Assembly: GCA_965223335.1 (NCBI GenBank) | Contig: OZ244991.1 | Span: 2,603,484-2,667,483 of the forward strand | Length of the DNA stretch: 64,000 nt | DNA from: Thermodesulfobacteriota bacterium | GTDB lineage: Bacteria; Desulfobacterota_D; UBA1144; Nemesobacterales; UBA2774 | Reading direction: 5' to 3' | In this document: positions 60,348 to 64,000 of the stretch, piece after piece | Numbering within the stretch: position 1 is the stretch's first letter | How the letters are laid out: every line of letters starts with the position of its first letter | Position numbers and translations under genes: made by a program | The notes under the pieces: generated by a model | Databases searched by the model: none | What the model saw: only the letters and a program-made list of their open reading frames with translations | Told to the model about the DNA's origin: nothing

Positions 60348-61865
60348 TTACTTCTTATCAAACAAACTCTTATCTTCCAGCTCAAGCGGCACCAACTGTT
60401 TGTTGATTTCCTCTGCAGCCTCTTGTTTTGTGTCCTCAACGTTAGGTGTACCGAGCTGCTTAAGCGATTTATCAACTATTACTTCCCACCCCAATGCACT
60501 CAATTCCTGTTTTGTTCTCTCCGATATATCGGTTGCAAACCAATACTCACGCCCCTCGGCTTTAACATCCTTTAGTATGTCATCGTGTATATAAGCAACC
60601 TCGGCTACTTCTTTTGACCAGCAGATGTAATCACCGGGCACGAGCGTGATGATCTTATTATCGGTAGTTAGACCCGAGGGTATATATGCGTCTTCCATAA
60701 ACATCTGGAATGGTTTCACGTTTTGGTGATACCAAACCATAAGCACTATCATAGCTGTATAGTATCTTGCGTCCGGTATCGACTCGGCAAAAAAACTATA
60801 CTCCAACAGCTCTTCGCGGTTCTCCACACCCCCCAGTTCTTCTAAGCCCAGTACAATTGTGGTTTGAAAGGTGGGGCTAAAATACGGGGATTCAAAAAAG
60901 CTTTCAATAAGCTCCTCCTGCATCCCCATGTTCCTTAGTTTATTTTTATTGAATCCTTCAAGCTCTCGGTGGTCCTTTTCCCACACGTATTGATCTACAT
61001 TCTTAATCACTCCGAGCACCGGTGAGATTGGAATTTTCACCACACTTGTACCTATCTTTCCAATACGCTCGTACTTACCCACTCTCTTAAGCTCCGCAGC
61101 CAGCTCGGCATTCGAGGTGTATGGGTCCACACCCAACCTCTTTGCTAGGTTCCTCTCACCGCTCCTAACCCCTAGATACCAGTCGATCAGATAATTTACG
61201 TTTTCATTGCGGTCTTTTACAATCCCTCTTTTTTTACCCTTTTTGTTATTATCTCCGTCAATAATATCCTCGGTCGTTGTCACAACCGATTCCCCCGCAT
61301 AATAAGCTCGTTTAAACAAGCTCATGATCCCCCCGGGTAGGCCTGTCACAGTTTCCACCGGGTTTGTAGCAATATGTACAGCAGCTCTAAAAGGATCGAT
61401 AGCAGAGTCCACCACACCAGAGACCAGTGCCTCACCCCCGGATATCTCTTTCAATTCAGCAATAGCCCTAAGCTCATTTACCCTTATGTTAAGCATAAAA
61501 TCACTTTCAACCTTATATTCACCAAAATTGCTTTTTATGTCGTATATTCTGTAAAAACAGTCGGTGTGCACAACTTCCTCAACCTCATGATATTCACTCT
61601 TATGCACCGCAGGTTCCAATAGCTCACTGGCCTTAAACTCCGGTATCTGTTCCACCTCACCCGTATAGGTATATTGTGGGACCTGGGCTTGGTAGGTCTC
61701 TATAGACTCCGGCTTGCCGGGTGTCTGTGGATCGATTTGTTCGGCCTGGGGCGTAGGCTCTGCTATATCTTCGCTATCGCTTTTTTTTGAACCGCAAGAA
61801 TTAAACGATAGTAACAGGGTTAATAAAAGAAACGGAATCAATCTATTCGGTAGATATCTGGTCAT
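60348..61865 (-). CDS. Large hypothetical lipoprotein
   Basis: Start MTRYLP after GGGGTG; SFNSC lipobox; RVNELRAI, PVETVTGLPGG and LGVDPYTSN..L blocks. Confidence 0.75.
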   Translation of the reverse strand: MTRYLPNRLIPFLLLTLLLSFNSCGSKKSDSEDIAEPTPQAEQIDPQTPGKPESIETYQAQVPQYTYTGEVEQIPEFKASELLEPAVHKSEYHEVEEVVHTDCFYRIYDIKSNFGEYKVESDFMLNIRVNELRAIAELKEISGGEALVSGVVDSAIDPFRAAVHIATNPVETVTGLPGGIMSLFKRAYYAGESVVTTTEDIIDGDNNKKGKKRGIVKDRNENVNYLIDWYLGVRSGERNLAKRLGVDPYTSNAELAAELKRVGKYERIGKIGTSVVKIPISPVLGVIKNVDQYVWEKDHRELEGFNKNKLRNMGMQEELIESFFESPYFSPTFQTTIVLGLEELGGVENREELLEYSFFAESIPDARYYTAMIVLMVWYHQNVKPFQMFMEDAYIPSGLTTDNKIITLVPGDYICWSKEVAEVAYIHDDILKDVKAEGREYWFATDISERTKQELSALGWEVIVDKSLKQLGTPNVEDTKQEAAEEINKQLVPLELEDKSLFDKK

Positions 61866-62058
61866 CGGATCACCCCACACCCTGAATCCTAATATTAACA
61901 GTTTATTAATAATTCCAATCCTAGCAAACAATATTTACCATCTATTAATCTATGCTAATATGTGCTATTTATATCTTATCATTTATCATAATACGTGCAA
62001 GTATGTTTTGCAAATAAAAAATTATGAATCTTCATATCTGAATAACAGAACGAATACA

Positions 62059-62976
62059 TTGAGAATTCCTTTAAACTTAAGCCTATTATCCGTCTATTTT
62101 TCAGCCGCAGTTGTGATTATAGCACTCACTCATACCCAAACCGCGGCCTCCAAAGAACAAATTTTTATCAACTACGACTATATGAACAACATAGACATCG
62201 GAGGGTATCAGACCACAGGGCTTTCCAGCCGCGATCTCAAGATACCCATATCCTATACATACAGGTTTAGAGGTGATAAAAATTGGCGACTCAGATTCAA
62301 AACCGATCTTAATTTCGGCAGGTATAAATTTAAGGGCCTCTCCGATGAGGACACTCAAGAAAGGGCCAACGTAAACGCATTCAGTATAGTCCCCGGCATC
62401 CAGTTGATCATCCCCCTCCGCGATTACTGGTCAATAGTACCTTTCGTTCAATACGGTCTCGGGTGGGGAGCGGTCACCAACAGATCCCCGGGCTTCGATC
62501 CGGAATCCCCCCTTACCTACACATTTAACAGCGGGGTCAAAAATATATTCTCGTGGGATCTAAACAAGTTTCAATTTAAGTTTGGCAACGAGATAAGTTC
62601 GGGGGGCAACGGGACGTTTGACGGCAAGTTCACTGATGTGTTTGCAAAGATCAAATTCGGTCTAGCAGTTAATCACCCACTTGGGTTTTCAATCGGATCA
62701 CTTGACCCCGATATCGGCACATACGGCACATACACACGCTACCTTCCAAACACCGAGTTCCCACTACTACTGCCGAACGATTTGGAGGTCGATGATCAGT
62801 ACGAAATCGGCATAGGTGTTGGTTTTGGTAACAGGATTAGACTAGAGCACGAGAGCAAATTGGTGAATAAGGTTATAAACCTGCCGTTAAAACTGCTAAA
62901 GAAACGGCTAGTGGTTGCATACAGGTTCGGAGACAATATCAAAGGCATCATCATACGGTTTAATGTCCCGCTCTAG
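62059..62976 (+). CDS. Putative outer-membrane beta-barrel protein
   Basis: Probable TTG start gives a signal peptide; amphipathic beta-strands throughout; C-terminal YRFGDNIKGIIIRFNVPL. Confidence 0.65.
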   Translation: MRIPLNLSLLSVYFSAAVVIIALTHTQTAASKEQIFINYDYMNNIDIGGYQTTGLSSRDLKIPISYTYRFRGDKNWRLRFKTDLNFGRYKFKGLSDEDTQERANVNAFSIVPGIQLIIPLRDYWSIVPFVQYGLGWGAVTNRSPGFDPESPLTYTFNSGVKNIFSWDLNKFQFKFGNEISSGGNGTFDGKFTDVFAKIKFGLAVNHPLGFSIGSLDPDIGTYGTYTRYLPNTEFPLLLPNDLEVDDQYEIGIGVGFGNRIRLEHESKLVNKVINLPLKLLKKRLVVAYRFGDNIKGIIIRFNVPL

Positions 62977-63066
62977 GGCATAAAACCTGTGTATACATTT
63001 TGTGAATGAGCCGCTTTGATTAGATGATGTGTCGTAAAAAGATTGCAAATATATAAATACAGGAGC

Positions 63067-64000
63067 ATGAAAATGAGACAAAACCCAAAAAAAAGAGCCG
63101 CATTAATACTTGTCCTTTCCCTAGTACCTTTATTGCTAACGAGCTGTCAAAAACTAGGGCCGAGTGCACTCAAGTCAGGGCGTCCCAATTACAATATCGC
63201 CCTACAAGAGACCGATAAACAGGCCATGCTGCTCAACATAGTGCGTCTACGTTATAACGATAGACCTACCTTTTTGGAGGTGTCACAGATATTTGCCGCA
63301 CCCATTATAGAAGGCTCAGGCTCATTCTCCGCAACCGGAATTGGCGCATCCGACGTATTCACGTTAGGTACAGACGTCCGATACTCTCAAAACCCTGTGA
63401 TCATGTACACACCGGTTACAGGAGAGAAATTCTCCAAACTACTCCTAACACCCATCAACATGAGGACCTTAACGTTGTTACTAAACGGAGGCTGGAGAGA
63501 TGGACGCATAATGAAGACATGTATCCAGTCCATAAACGGTGTACTAAATGCAAAAAAGGGTGGTGGACCGACTCCTAAGAAGGCTCCCCAATACAAGACC
63601 TTCCAACGCATAGTAGATACCTTAGAGAGGCTCGGAAATAGCGGTGCTATGGACATAGGTGCAGTCGATGAAGACGAAGACGGTGAATTCGACGAGTTTC
63701 AAATGTATATCGACCCGGCAGTACGCAATACTCCCGAGGTTATCCAGTTATTCAAAGACCTTAATTTAGACCCCGATACGAGATCATACAAATTAATAAA
63801 CGCGGTTAAAGGTGGTGGGGGTGATACCATAGCGTTTGTCACCAGGCCTGTGATGGCCGTGATGTTTTTCCTCAGTCAAGGTGTAGAAGTCCCCGAACTA
63901 GACCTTGCAAAAGGGGTTGTGACTATCACTCGTGATGAGGCAGGCAATATGTTTGACTGGCAGAATGTCACACGTGAATTGATGACCATCAAATCATCAA
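63067..64000 (+). CDS. Conserved hypothetical lipoprotein (runs off the right edge)
   Basis: Manual translation after SD AGGAG: MKMRQNPKKRAALILVLSLVPLLLTSC-QKLGPSALKSGRPNYNIALQETDKQAMLLNIVRLRYNDRPTFLEV. Open to the end of the window. Confidence 0.8.
   Translation, partial: MKMRQNPKKRAALILVLSLVPLLLTSCQKLGPSALKSGRPNYNIALQETDKQAMLLNIVRLRYNDRPTFLEVSQIFAAPIIEGSGSFSATGIGASDVFTLGTDVRYSQNPVIMYTPVTGEKFSKLLLTPINMRTLTLLLNGGWRDGRIMKTCIQSINGVLNAKKGGGPTPKKAPQYKTFQRIVDTLERLGNSGAMDIGAVDEDEDGEFDEFQMYIDPAVRNTPEVIQLFKDLNLDPDTRSYKLINAVKGGGGDTIAFVTRPVMAVMFFLSQGVEVPELDLAKGVVTITRDEAGNMFDWQNVTRELMTIKSS

Noticed and set aside
7169..61622. Many 60-160 aa ORFs antisense to or nested in long genes
   Set aside because: Shadow ORFs of well-supported genes; no SD or motifs.
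61714..62058. N-terminal 115 aa of the ORF-track 420-aa ORF
   Set aside because: Overlaps the opposite-strand lipoprotein start and an AT-rich promoter region; the signal peptide begins near 62059.

Overview
Bacterial chromosomal window of moderate GC from a diderm organism (RND/outer-membrane factor, beta-barrels, many lipoproteins). The gene mix is reminiscent of Desulfobacterota-like lineages such as Ca. Dadabacteria, but that is only an impression. It holds three minus-strand tRNAs (His-GUG, Arg-UCU, Pro-UGG) separated by small accessory islets. Housekeeping and metabolic genes include msrA, a tricorn protease, ddl, a thiolase, lysA, a hemD-hemE fusion plus hemH, obgE, a cold-shock gene, TetR-icmF, a tripartite RND pump and ppk2. 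There are two clear pseudogenes. No CRISPR array, rRNA, integrase or transposase is visible. Best leads: (i) a divergent cell-envelope cluster at 57.6-64 kb with two tandem LssY_C-type lipoprotein paralogues (one lacking two His residues present in the other), two more lipoproteins and a beta-barrel; (ii) an unannotated ~160-nt transcription unit at 2.7-2.9 kb with a near-consensus promoter, an 11-codon ORF and a strong terminator; (iii) a pentameric ligand-gated ion channel probably co-transcribed with an outer-membrane barrel; (iv) a shared palindromic operator in front of TetR and icmF; (v) a single-repeat Pur-alpha-like protein. All family calls are by motif recognition; no database search was run.
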